A stretch of DNA of 64,000 bases from Crocinitomicaceae bacterium (GTDB lineage: Bacteria > Bacteroidota > Bacteroidia > Flavobacteriales_D > Crocinitomicaceae): the NCBI GenBank assembly GCA_034680045.1, contig JAXITO010000003.1, forward strand, positions 37,411 through 101,410, read 5' to 3'. Under the pieces are notes generated by a model, which was not told where the DNA came from, searched no databases, and was given only the letters and a program-made list of their open reading frames with translations. Below, one piece after another: positions 23,234 through 32,155 of the stretch (its first letter is position 1; the number at the start of each line of letters is the position of its first letter). A program made the position numbers and the translations under genes.

Positions 23234-24661
23234 ATGTTCTACAGGTTCCGGTTTTTACCTCTTTTATTTTTTTGGACGAAGTTTATCTCGGCTCAAATTC
23301 CGCAACCGGCTTTTAATTGGGCATTTATCCAAGGTGAAGTGGCAACTGTTCATATAGACATTGACCCTGACTCCTTGAATTTATTACTCGGAGATAGCTT
23401 ATATGCCGCGCACGAATTTATGGCTACCGTTAGCTATCAAAGTTCACTCTTGAACCAAACCATCGATAGTATTGGTTTTAGGGCACGCGGCAACACCTCC
23501 TTGGCTTCTCAAAAAAAGTCCTTTAAAGTCGATTTCAATAGGTTTATTTCGGGTCAGAAATTCCAAGGTTTGGAAGAAATGAATTTGAATGGCGAACACA
23601 ACGATGTCTCTATTATGCGCACCTACCTCGCGCAGCATTTGATGAGAGGTGCAGGGGTGCCTTCGTCCAGAACGAGCTATATTCAACTTTATGTCAATAA
23701 CGAATACAAAGGCTTATATATCAACCTAGAGCACATCGACGACGAATTTTTAGACCTCCGCTTTCCGGGCCAAGCCAATGGCAATCTTTGGAAATGTGCT
23801 TATGGCGCAGATTTGAATTGGTGGGGTTCTAATCCGACGAGTTATCAGGATGTTTATGACTTGAAGACCAATCAAGACAGCGCAGATTATACTGCGCTTG
23901 TTCATTTCATTGACGTGCTAAATAATACGCCGGCAAGTAGTTTTGTTTGTGCCATCCAAGAAGTCATGGATGTAGATTTATTCATACGCACGATTGCGTT
24001 GGAAATACTCATGGGGCAATGGGACGGCTATGCCTACAATAAAAACAATTACTTTTTGTACCAGCGCGAGAGCGATGGCAAGATGGTTTACCTTTCCTAT
24101 GATCTAGACAATACTTTTGGAATCGATTGGTTTGGTATCAATTGGGCTTTGCGCAACATTTACAATTGGGCGCCAAGTAACCAAGCGCGGCCGCTCTACA
24201 CCAAATTATTGGCCGTACCATATTTTAAAGATCGGTTTACCTACCACCTTACCGATATTTTAAGTTCTGTTTGGGATGTATCAAGTTTACAAACAGTTCT
24301 TGAGCAAAAACAACAATTGATAAGCCCTGCCGCGCTAGCCGACGACTACAAAGGCTATGATTACGGCTTTACAGACCAAGATTTTTTAGATGCCCTTCAA
24401 GTGACTTGGGGTGCACATGTCAAGTCAGGGATCATTCCCTATTTACAAAACCGCAAAACAAGCGCGCTTTCGCAACTCAATACTTATCAGGCCTTGCCAA
24501 ATCCTTGTACAATTGGTTTGGATGAAAATGCAGGAACGAATGTAAAATTACTTTTTGTAACCGATATTTTGGGCAGAGAAATTGATCCAAACACCAAAAA
24601 TTGCATTAAAATTTTGAACTTTGAAAATGGAACCCAACAACGCATTTATGAAATGGATTAA
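23234..24661 (+). CDS. CotH-family protein (atypical kinase fold), secreted, with a probable short T9SS-type C-terminal tail
   Basis: Signal peptide ending ISAQ. CotH hallmark blocks: FRARGNTSLASQKKSFKVDF, VSIMRTYLAQHLMRGAGVPSSRTSYIQLYVNNEYKGLYINLEHIDDEFL, and NNYFLYQRESDGKMVYLSYDLDNTFG. The C-terminus VKLLFVTDILGREI...ILNFENGTQQRIY resembles a sorting tail. Confidence 0.75.
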   Translation: MFYRFRFLPLLFFWTKFISAQIPQPAFNWAFIQGEVATVHIDIDPDSLNLLLGDSLYAAHEFMATVSYQSSLLNQTIDSIGFRARGNTSLASQKKSFKVDFNRFISGQKFQGLEEMNLNGEHNDVSIMRTYLAQHLMRGAGVPSSRTSYIQLYVNNEYKGLYINLEHIDDEFLDLRFPGQANGNLWKCAYGADLNWWGSNPTSYQDVYDLKTNQDSADYTALVHFIDVLNNTPASSFVCAIQEVMDVDLFIRTIALEILMGQWDGYAYNKNNYFLYQRESDGKMVYLSYDLDNTFGIDWFGINWALRNIYNWAPSNQARPLYTKLLAVPYFKDRFTYHLTDILSSVWDVSSLQTVLEQKQQLISPAALADDYKGYDYGFTDQDFLDALQVTWGAHVKSGIIPYLQNRKTSALSQLNTYQALPNPCTIGLDENAGTNVKLLFVTDILGREIDPNTKNCIKILNFENGTQQRIYEMD

Positions 24662-26543
24662 CCTTACACTTTGTCTTCTTTTTACTTTCTTAGCTTATAC
24701 CCAAGGATTCAAACACGTAGAACCAAGCAATTGGTGGGTAGGGATGGAGCACCATCGCGTACAGGTATTGCTACACGGTCAAGAAATTGCAAAATATAAA
24801 GTGGAGGTTTCAGGCCTCACTATCCTAGAAGAAATCCGAACAGAAAACCCCAACTATATTTTTGTCACGCTCGAAACAAAAGACAAGGTTGCGGGCACGT
24901 ATCCAATTCGTCTAATGGATAAGAAAAAAATCATCGCAACGCATGATTTTAAGCTAGAAGAACGCATTGAAAATAGCAAGTATCGCCAGAGTTTCAATAG
25001 TTCAGATGTCATGTATTTGTTAATGCCAGATCGTTTTGCAAATGCCAATGAGGGTTTAGATACGCATCCTGATACCAAAGAGGCCGCTGACCGTTCCAAC
25101 CCAAGCGGGCGCCATGGCGGCGACATCATAGGAATCGTGCAGCGTTTAAGTTACATCAAAGAATTGGGTGCCACCACCATCTGGACCACTCCCTTACTCG
25201 AGGACAACGAACCAACTTATTCTTATCATGGTTATGCGCAATCTGATTTGTATAAAATTGATCCACGATATGGCAATAATTCTTGGTTTAAGGAAATGGT
25301 CTTGGAAGCGCACCGTCAAGGCTTGAAGGTCATCAAGGATGAAGTGCCAAACCATTGGTCGAGCAAGCACTGGATGATTCAAGATCTGCCCACTGCCACC
25401 TGGATTCATCAGTTTGATCAGTTTACGCGTTCAAGCTACCGCACCACCACGCAATTTGACCCTTATGCTTCCAAAGCAGATCAAAAAGCATCTGCCGATG
25501 GTTGGTTTGATACGACCATGCCTGATATGAATCAGCAAAATCCGTTGTTGCTGACTTATCTGATTCAAAATACCATTTGGTGGATAGAATACGCCCATCT
25601 GGATGGCTTGCGCGTCGATACCTACTCGTATAATGACAAAGATGCAGTTGCTCAATGGACAGAAGCCATCATGAACGAATATCCCAACTTGAATATCGTT
25701 GGCGAAGTCTGGATGCACGACCAAGCACAAATGTCATTTTGGCAAAAGGACAGCCCACTAGGTGCGCTTCAAGGTTTCAATAGCCAAATGCCTTCTGTCA
25801 TGGATTTCACCTTACACGACGCCATGATGCAAGCATGGAAAGAACAAGAGCAAGGTTGGGACCAAGGCATGGTGCGTTTTTATGAGAATTTTACGCAAGA
25901 TTACCTTTATGCAAATCCACAAAACTTGTTGGTTTTCATGGAGAACCACGATACGCAAAGATTCAATGAATCTTACCCAGATATCGCTGATTACAAAATG
26001 GCCCTGGCTTTGATTGCCACTACTAGAGGGATTCCACAAATTTATTACGGTTCTGAAATCGGCATGAAAGGAAGCAAAGCAGTTGGCGATGCAGATATCC
26101 GCAGAGACTTTCCAGGTGGTTGGGCGTCAGATCAGCATACTGCATTTTGCAGCAATGAAGACACAAAATGCAGGGCGTATCAGACCGGAAGAACACCTGA
26201 AGAAGAAGCTTATTTTCAGTATACCAAAGCATTGCTCAACTGGAGAAAAGGTCAAAAGGTTATTCACGAAGGAAAGCTCTTGCAATATGTGCCCCAAAAC
26301 AACGTGTATGTGTATTTCCGCTACCTAGAGCCCATTAAAGAAATGGGTCAGCCAGCTGAGGTGGTTATGGTGGTCATCAATAATTCGACTAAAGAGCAAA
26401 CGCTTTCATGGTCTCGCTTTGCAGAGGGTTTGCATGGATTTGAAAAAGGGAAGGACGTACTCAACAACCAAACCTTTGACTTCGAACAGCCCAGCGGTAC
26501 CATCCCGGCCAAAACTTCTTATATCATCATACTACACAATTGA
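24648..26543 (+). CDS. GH13 alpha-amylase / neopullulanase-like enzyme (cyclomaltodextrinase-type N-domain), probably periplasmic
   Basis: Start moved to MKWINLTLCLLFTFLAYTQG. N-domain EPSNWWVGM. GH13 regions: I DEVPNH, II GLRVDTYSY, III VGEVW, IV FMENHDTQR. The start overlaps the CotH stop by 14 nt. Confidence 0.85.
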   Translation: MKWINLTLCLLFTFLAYTQGFKHVEPSNWWVGMEHHRVQVLLHGQEIAKYKVEVSGLTILEEIRTENPNYIFVTLETKDKVAGTYPIRLMDKKKIIATHDFKLEERIENSKYRQSFNSSDVMYLLMPDRFANANEGLDTHPDTKEAADRSNPSGRHGGDIIGIVQRLSYIKELGATTIWTTPLLEDNEPTYSYHGYAQSDLYKIDPRYGNNSWFKEMVLEAHRQGLKVIKDEVPNHWSSKHWMIQDLPTATWIHQFDQFTRSSYRTTTQFDPYASKADQKASADGWFDTTMPDMNQQNPLLLTYLIQNTIWWIEYAHLDGLRVDTYSYNDKDAVAQWTEAIMNEYPNLNIVGEVWMHDQAQMSFWQKDSPLGALQGFNSQMPSVMDFTLHDAMMQAWKEQEQGWDQGMVRFYENFTQDYLYANPQNLLVFMENHDTQRFNESYPDIADYKMALALIATTRGIPQIYYGSEIGMKGSKAVGDADIRRDFPGGWASDQHTAFCSNEDTKCRAYQTGRTPEEEAYFQYTKALLNWRKGQKVIHEGKLLQYVPQNNVYVYFRYLEPIKEMGQPAEVVMVVINNSTKEQTLSWSRFAEGLHGFEKGKDVLNNQTFDFEQPSGTIPAKTSYIIILHN

Positions 26544-26544
26544 T

Positions 26545-29007
26545 ATGCGTTTCAGTTTTATATTTTTTCTCATATTATTTGGGCTGAATACGGTCGTTGC
26601 CCAAAATTCAAACCGCCAGTTTGTAAAAATCGAACTTACCGAAAAAGGCGCAGAAATTCAGGTTTCTGATGGCAAATATGTTGTGGCTTTGCTTTCTGAG
26701 CATATCATCCAAACCACTTTCTTTCCGATAGGAAGCGCTGAAAAAATGGACAGTTCACATGCGGTGCTTTTGCAAGCTCAAGTAAATCCTTGGGAACTTA
26801 AAGAAATACAAACCGAAGCCGTAAAAGAAGGTAAAACCAAAATGTACATTCTTAAAAGTGGCGCTATTGGGGTTAAGATCATTACAAATCCGTTTGAGGT
26901 TTCCTATTTCTATAAAACCACCGAAGTATCCGAAGCGCAGGGCTATTATTTTGACCAAACCCCAAAAATTGAATTCGATTTAAGTGCCGAGGAGCAACTC
27001 ATGGGCGCCGGTGCACGCGTGTTGGGCATGAACCGCCGTGGTTATCGCTTGCAACTTTATAACCGCGCACACTACGGTTACGAGACCCATTCAGAGCTCA
27101 TGAATTTCACGATGCCTATTGTGCTTTCGGATAAGGGCTACGCCATACATTTTGATAATCCGCAAATTGGTTGGCTCGACCTCGATTCAAAAAAGCAAAA
27201 CAAACTTACTTATGAAGTCATTGGAGGGCCTTTGCGTTATCAGGTGGTTTTTTCAGACGATTGGAAAGACCTTACCAACTCCCTAACGTCTATGCTGGGC
27301 CGTCAGCCGCTTCCCGCACGCTGGACACTCGGAAATTTTGCCAGTCGCTTTGGCTACCATTCTGAAACCGAAGCAAAGCAGGTTGTTGCCGAATTTAGAA
27401 AACTGCAAATTCCTTTAGACGCTATTATTTTTGACCTTTATTGGTTTGGGAAAGACATTCAAGGTACGCTTGGCAACTTGGAATTCTTTAGAGATTCATT
27501 TCCGAATGGAGAACAAATGATCGCCGATTTCAGAAGTCAGAATGTCAAGACTATTCTCATCACCGAACCGTTCATCCTCACAACTTCCAAAAAATGGCAA
27601 GAAGCCGACCGCATGAAGTTGCTTGGCATGGATACACTTGGCAATTCATACCGCTACGATTTTTATTTTGGCAACACAGGTCTTGTTGACCTGTACAAGC
27701 CGGAAGCACGCGTTTGGTTTTGGGATATTTACAAACAGTTTCACGCCTACGGCGCAGCTGGTTTTTGGGGAGACCTCGGCGAACCAGAAGTGCATCCGAC
27801 CAAATTAAAGCATGGCGACAAATGGGCCGATGAAGTTCATAACATTTACGGCCACGACTGGGCGCGTTTGCTTTATGAAGGCTACAGAAAAGACTATCCC
27901 ACAGAAAGGCCCTTCATTTTAATGCGCGCCGGTTATTCTGGCTCGCAGCAATACGGAATGGTGCCATGGTCCGGAGACGTCAGCAGAACCTGGGGCGGTC
28001 TCAAACCACAAATGGAAATTACATTGCAAATGGGTCTGCAAGGAATGGCCTACATGCACTCCGACTTAGGTGGTTTTGCAGGTGCCAACAAAGACCCAGA
28101 GCTCTATGTGCGTTGGTTGCAATACGGAGTTTTCCAGCCGGTTTTTAGACCACATGCCCAGCAAGAAGAGCCGAGCGAAGCTATTTTTAAAGATGCCCAG
28201 ACCAAAGCATTGGCTAAAGCAGCCATTGAGTTGCGCTATCAAATGTTGCCATACAATTATAGTCTTGCCTACGAAAATCACAAGGCTGGTACACCGCTGC
28301 TCAGACCTATTTTCATGGAATTCCCAACGGCTAAATGGTCATTTTCACAAACAGAAACCTATATGTGGGGACCATCATTTTTGGTGCACGCCATTACCGA
28401 TTCAATAACATCTTCAAAGGAAAAGGATTATCAAACAAAGGTCCCTGCGGATGCATCCTGGTTTGATTTTCATACAGGTCGTTTGGTTGTGAAATCAAAA
28501 GTAAATATGACCAATAATGGAAACTACAATGTAGTGTCTACAACAAAAACGCTCGATCATATTCCAATTTTTGTCCGCTCTGGATCTTTTATTCCGATGA
28601 GCCCAATTATTCAAAGTACAGAGCAATACCGAGATTCAGCCGCAATTTTACATTTTTATATCGATCCAAATGTGGGTTCTGAATCGACTTCGTTTGTTTG
28701 GTACGAAGACGACGGTGCTACTTATGATGCTGAGGCAAAGGGTTTAGCTAAGAAACTACATTGTGCTGCCACTACCCAAAGCAAAAGTTGTTCGCTTACC
28801 TTTACCCCAGAATTGGGCGCCAATCTTTGGGAGAACTATTTTCAGTTTTCATTGCTTATCCATACGCCGGTATGTCCCAAAGAAGTGATCCTAAATGGTC
28901 AGAAAGCAGCTTTCAAGTTTGATAAAGAAGCAAAAAAAGTAAGCATTAGTGATTTTCCAAAATTGAAAATTGAACAAAAACCAATGCAATTGATGTTGAA
29001 ATGGTGA
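26545..29007 (+). CDS. GH31 alpha-glucosidase (SusB-like)
   Basis: Start moved to MRFSFIFFLILFGLNTVVAQ, 1 nt after the upstream stop. GH31 motifs: GFWGDLGEPE (nucleophile region), PWSGDV, and HSDLGGF. Confidence 0.85.
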   Translation: MRFSFIFFLILFGLNTVVAQNSNRQFVKIELTEKGAEIQVSDGKYVVALLSEHIIQTTFFPIGSAEKMDSSHAVLLQAQVNPWELKEIQTEAVKEGKTKMYILKSGAIGVKIITNPFEVSYFYKTTEVSEAQGYYFDQTPKIEFDLSAEEQLMGAGARVLGMNRRGYRLQLYNRAHYGYETHSELMNFTMPIVLSDKGYAIHFDNPQIGWLDLDSKKQNKLTYEVIGGPLRYQVVFSDDWKDLTNSLTSMLGRQPLPARWTLGNFASRFGYHSETEAKQVVAEFRKLQIPLDAIIFDLYWFGKDIQGTLGNLEFFRDSFPNGEQMIADFRSQNVKTILITEPFILTTSKKWQEADRMKLLGMDTLGNSYRYDFYFGNTGLVDLYKPEARVWFWDIYKQFHAYGAAGFWGDLGEPEVHPTKLKHGDKWADEVHNIYGHDWARLLYEGYRKDYPTERPFILMRAGYSGSQQYGMVPWSGDVSRTWGGLKPQMEITLQMGLQGMAYMHSDLGGFAGANKDPELYVRWLQYGVFQPVFRPHAQQEEPSEAIFKDAQTKALAKAAIELRYQMLPYNYSLAYENHKAGTPLLRPIFMEFPTAKWSFSQTETYMWGPSFLVHAITDSITSSKEKDYQTKVPADASWFDFHTGRLVVKSKVNMTNNGNYNVVSTTKTLDHIPIFVRSGSFIPMSPIIQSTEQYRDSAAILHFYIDPNVGSESTSFVWYEDDGATYDAEAKGLAKKLHCAATTQSKSCSLTFTPELGANLWENYFQFSLLIHTPVCPKEVILNGQKAAFKFDKEAKKVSISDFPKLKIEQKPMQLMLKW

Positions 29008-29021
29008 TAACTTTTTCTTTG

Positions 29022-29034
29022 TGTCAAGATGACA
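29022..29034. promoter_or_regulatory. Palindrome TGTCA-AGA-TGACA (candidate operator)
   Basis: Perfect 5+5 inverted repeat with a 3-nt spacer, 16 nt upstream of the susC -7 box. The half-sites are the same as at 19161-19173. Confidence 0.4.
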
Positions 29035-29050
29035 TTTACAAAAAATCAAA

Positions 29051-29058
29051 TATATTTG
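29051..29058 (+). promoter_or_regulatory. Candidate -7 promoter box (TATATTTG) for susC/susD
   Basis: Matches TAnnTTTG, 37 nt upstream of the ATG at 29095. Confidence 0.45.
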
Positions 29059-29094
29059 GGTGATTAATCTGTTATAAACGCTAAAACAAGAACT

Positions 29095-32000
29095 ATGCAA
29101 AAGAAAACTACTACAAGTTTTTTTGCCTTCTTGGTGTTTTTTAGTTTTTCGATTTTTGCTTTTGCACAAACCGGAATACGAGGAATCATCACAGATGCTG
29201 CAGGCACTCCACTCTTTAATGCCTCGGTGTTAGTAGAAGGTCAGGGTAAGGGTGCTGTATCCGATGACAAAGGATACTATGAAATTACAGGCCTCAAGGC
29301 CGGAACTTATAACTTAGTTTATAAGTTTATGGGCTTTTCGCCTCAAAATGATCAAGTTACGGTTGTTGCCAATCAAATGACCACGAATGATTTTCAGTTC
29401 GCCTCCAAAATTCAAGATGTAGGTGATGTAGTCGTGATTGGATACGGTACCCAGCGCACTAAAGACCTTACTGGTTCGGCAACTGTCATCAACGAGAAAA
29501 ACTTTGTACAAGGATCTTTAGCCACGCCAGAACAACTCGTTATGGGTAAAGTAGCTGGATTAAAAGTTACCTCAAACGACGGTGCGCCTGGTTCAGGAAG
29601 CACACTACGTTTACGCGGCGGAACCTCCATCAATGCTTCCAATGATCCGCTGATTGTAGTAGATGGTGTTCCTTTAGATAATGGTGGTATTGCCGGTGCA
29701 GCCAATCCATTGTCTTTGATTAACCCGAACGATATTGCTTCATTTGTGGTTTTAAAAGATGCTTCTGCGACAGCAATTTACGGTTCTAGGGCAGCAAATG
29801 GGGTTATACTCATTACCACTAAACGTGGCGCTGCGTCAAACAATGTAAAAGTTGTACTAGACTCCAAAACTTCGGTTTCTACGATCGCTAAATATTTTGA
29901 TGTTCTAAGTGCAGACTCACTTCGAAATCTCGTCAATGCCATCGGATCCAATCAACAAAAAGGATTGCTCGGAGACGCAAGCACAGATTGGCAAAGACAA
30001 GTTTTTCGCAGCGCTGTCGTGACCGACAACAACGTGTCTATTACTGGAGGGATTAAAAACTTCCCATATCGTTTATCGGTCGGTAACCGCATCGACAACG
30101 GTATATTGAAAAGAGACCAATTTGCGCGCACCACGGTAAGCCTCAACATGAACCCAAGTTTGCTAGATAAAACCTTACAAATCGAAGCAAACATGAAATA
30201 TGTTCAGACCGCATCTTTTTTTGCAAATCGCGGTGCATTGGGTGCAGCTTTTTTTGACCCAACGCAGCCTGTTTATTCTGGTTCAGAAGCATATGGCGGT
30301 TACTTTGAATGGATCGATGGCAACAAACCAAATACTCTTTCAGCTCGCAACCCACTTGGTCTTATTGAACAATCTACTGATCAAAGCAAAGTTAACCGTG
30401 CAATCGCTAATGCCAAACTCACCTATCATTTACCTTCGCTTCCAGCTTTGAAAGCCACGGTCAATGTTGGTGGAGATTTCTCCGAAGGTACAGGCTACAA
30501 TATCACACCTGCATCATCTGCCTCTGGTTACTTTTCTCAAGGAAGATATTCTGAATACCGAACCACTAAGACAAACAAGTTGTTTGAATCTTACTTGAGC
30601 TATAATTCTGGGGCTAAATGGGAAAAACAAACCCTAGAGCTAGTTGGTGGTTATTCTTACCAAGATTGGGATACCTACAGCCCGAATAACCCAACATGGA
30701 ATGAAGTCCAAGATAGTATTATCTCACCTGAGGCTCCTTTTCCATTCTATACTCGAAATGTTTTGATGTCATACTATGGCCGAGCAATTTATAATTACAA
30801 CGGCAAGTATGTAGTCAATGTTTCTGTGCGTCGTGACGGTTCGTCTCGTTTCAGCCCCGCTACACGTTGGGGTGTTTTCCCTGCTGCTTCAGCTGCATGG
30901 CTTATTTCCGAAGAAAAGTTCCTTAAGAATAGCAAAGTTGTCAATATGCTCAAGCTTCGAGCAGGTTGGGGTATGACCGGACAGCAAGATGGTATTGGAG
31001 ATTACGCCTATATCGGAAATTATTTCCAGGGTGCTACAAATGCTCAATATGCTTTCGGCGGTCAATATTATCAAGTTCTTCGCCCTGCCGGATTCGATGC
31101 GAATCTGAAGTGGGAAACCACCACCTCGTATAACTTTGGTTTAGATTTCGGATTTAAAAATGACCGCTTCTCTGGGAGTCTAGATGTCTATCAAAAAGAT
31201 ACCAAAGATTTACTTGCCACTGTACCTGTTCCTGCCGGGACAAATTTCACCAATGAGATTTTAACTAACGTCGGTGCGATGCAAAACCGCGGTTTAGAAA
31301 TTTCAGTGAATACTGGCATCATTGCTAAAAAAGACATGCGTCTAGATTGGTCAATCAATGGAACTTACAATCAAAATACAGTAGTTAGATTGTCTCAGGT
31401 CAATGACAGCACTTCACCAGGTGTGCTGATCGGTGGCATCGGAGGAGGTATTGGCAATACCGTACAAGTTCATCAAATTGGTTATCCAACTTATACTTTC
31501 TTTGTCCTAGAACAACAATACGATTCTCAAGGTCGAATCATAGAAGTAGGTTCTTTAGCTAATATCGACTTAAACGGCGATGGTCAGATTACAACTTTGG
31601 ATAAATGGAAAGACACCAATGCTTTTGTGGATCAAAATGGCGATGGTATTATCAATGTAAAAGACCGCTACTATGCTGGTCAAGCTGCACCAAAAATGTT
31701 CTTTGGAACGGCCCTAAATTTCCAATATAAAAAATGGTATGTAGGTTTCTCAGCGCGTGCTGAACTCGGTGCAACAATTTATAACAACATTCATTCCAAT
31801 AGCGCGACTTTCATGACAGTTGATGGTACTAAAAAGTATTTAAACAACATCAGCTCCCTTTATTACCAAGATGAAGTCCAACGTACGACTTCTAATCAAT
31901 TAATGAGTGACCATTACCTCGAAAAAGCCAATTTCTTGCGTATGGACTTCATCAATGTTGGTTATAATTTTGGAAAGCTTGGCTTGGCCAAAGAAAAAGT

Positions 32001-32145
32001 CGGGCTTAATGTAAACTTTGTAGTTCAGAATGCATTTGTACTCACCCAATATTTAGGTCAGGATCCTGAAGTTGGTGGCGGAATCGACAACAATTTTTAC
32101 CCTCGTCCGCGCGTATATTCAGTTAACCTTACTTTTGATTTCTAA
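29095..32145 (+). CDS. susC: SusC/RagA-family TonB-dependent outer-membrane transporter
   Basis: 1016 aa. Signal peptide, a carboxypeptidase-regulatory-like N-domain (GIITDAAGTPLFNASVLVEG), the TonB box/plug VVVIGYGTQRTKDLTGS, and a terminal ...NLTFDF. Confidence 0.9.
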   Translation: MQKKTTTSFFAFLVFFSFSIFAFAQTGIRGIITDAAGTPLFNASVLVEGQGKGAVSDDKGYYEITGLKAGTYNLVYKFMGFSPQNDQVTVVANQMTTNDFQFASKIQDVGDVVVIGYGTQRTKDLTGSATVINEKNFVQGSLATPEQLVMGKVAGLKVTSNDGAPGSGSTLRLRGGTSINASNDPLIVVDGVPLDNGGIAGAANPLSLINPNDIASFVVLKDASATAIYGSRAANGVILITTKRGAASNNVKVVLDSKTSVSTIAKYFDVLSADSLRNLVNAIGSNQQKGLLGDASTDWQRQVFRSAVVTDNNVSITGGIKNFPYRLSVGNRIDNGILKRDQFARTTVSLNMNPSLLDKTLQIEANMKYVQTASFFANRGALGAAFFDPTQPVYSGSEAYGGYFEWIDGNKPNTLSARNPLGLIEQSTDQSKVNRAIANAKLTYHLPSLPALKATVNVGGDFSEGTGYNITPASSASGYFSQGRYSEYRTTKTNKLFESYLSYNSGAKWEKQTLELVGGYSYQDWDTYSPNNPTWNEVQDSIISPEAPFPFYTRNVLMSYYGRAIYNYNGKYVVNVSVRRDGSSRFSPATRWGVFPAASAAWLISEEKFLKNSKVVNMLKLRAGWGMTGQQDGIGDYAYIGNYFQGATNAQYAFGGQYYQVLRPAGFDANLKWETTTSYNFGLDFGFKNDRFSGSLDVYQKDTKDLLATVPVPAGTNFTNEILTNVGAMQNRGLEISVNTGIIAKKDMRLDWSINGTYNQNTVVRLSQVNDSTSPGVLIGGIGGGIGNTVQVHQIGYPTYTFFVLEQQYDSQGRIIEVGSLANIDLNGDGQITTLDKWKDTNAFVDQNGDGIINVKDRYYAGQAAPKMFFGTALNFQYKKWYVGFSARAELGATIYNNIHSNSATFMTVDGTKKYLNNISSLYYQDEVQRTTSNQLMSDHYLEKANFLRMDFINVGYNFGKLGLAKEKVGLNVNFVVQNAFVLTQYLGQDPEVGGGIDNNFYPRPRVYSVNLTFDF

Positions 32146-32155
32146 TAGTTGAACG

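Noticed and set aside
26419-26544. N-terminal extensions of tracked ORFs. Examples: GH31 from 26419, GH13 from 20391 and 24621, mraY from 46287, murG from 50090, ftsL from 42390, accA to 18277, GT1 to 2032, corA to 60423.
   Set aside because: The extensions overlap the upstream gene in another frame or begin at TTG. In each case an internal ATG gives a canonical signal peptide or a conserved family N-terminus right after the upstream stop.
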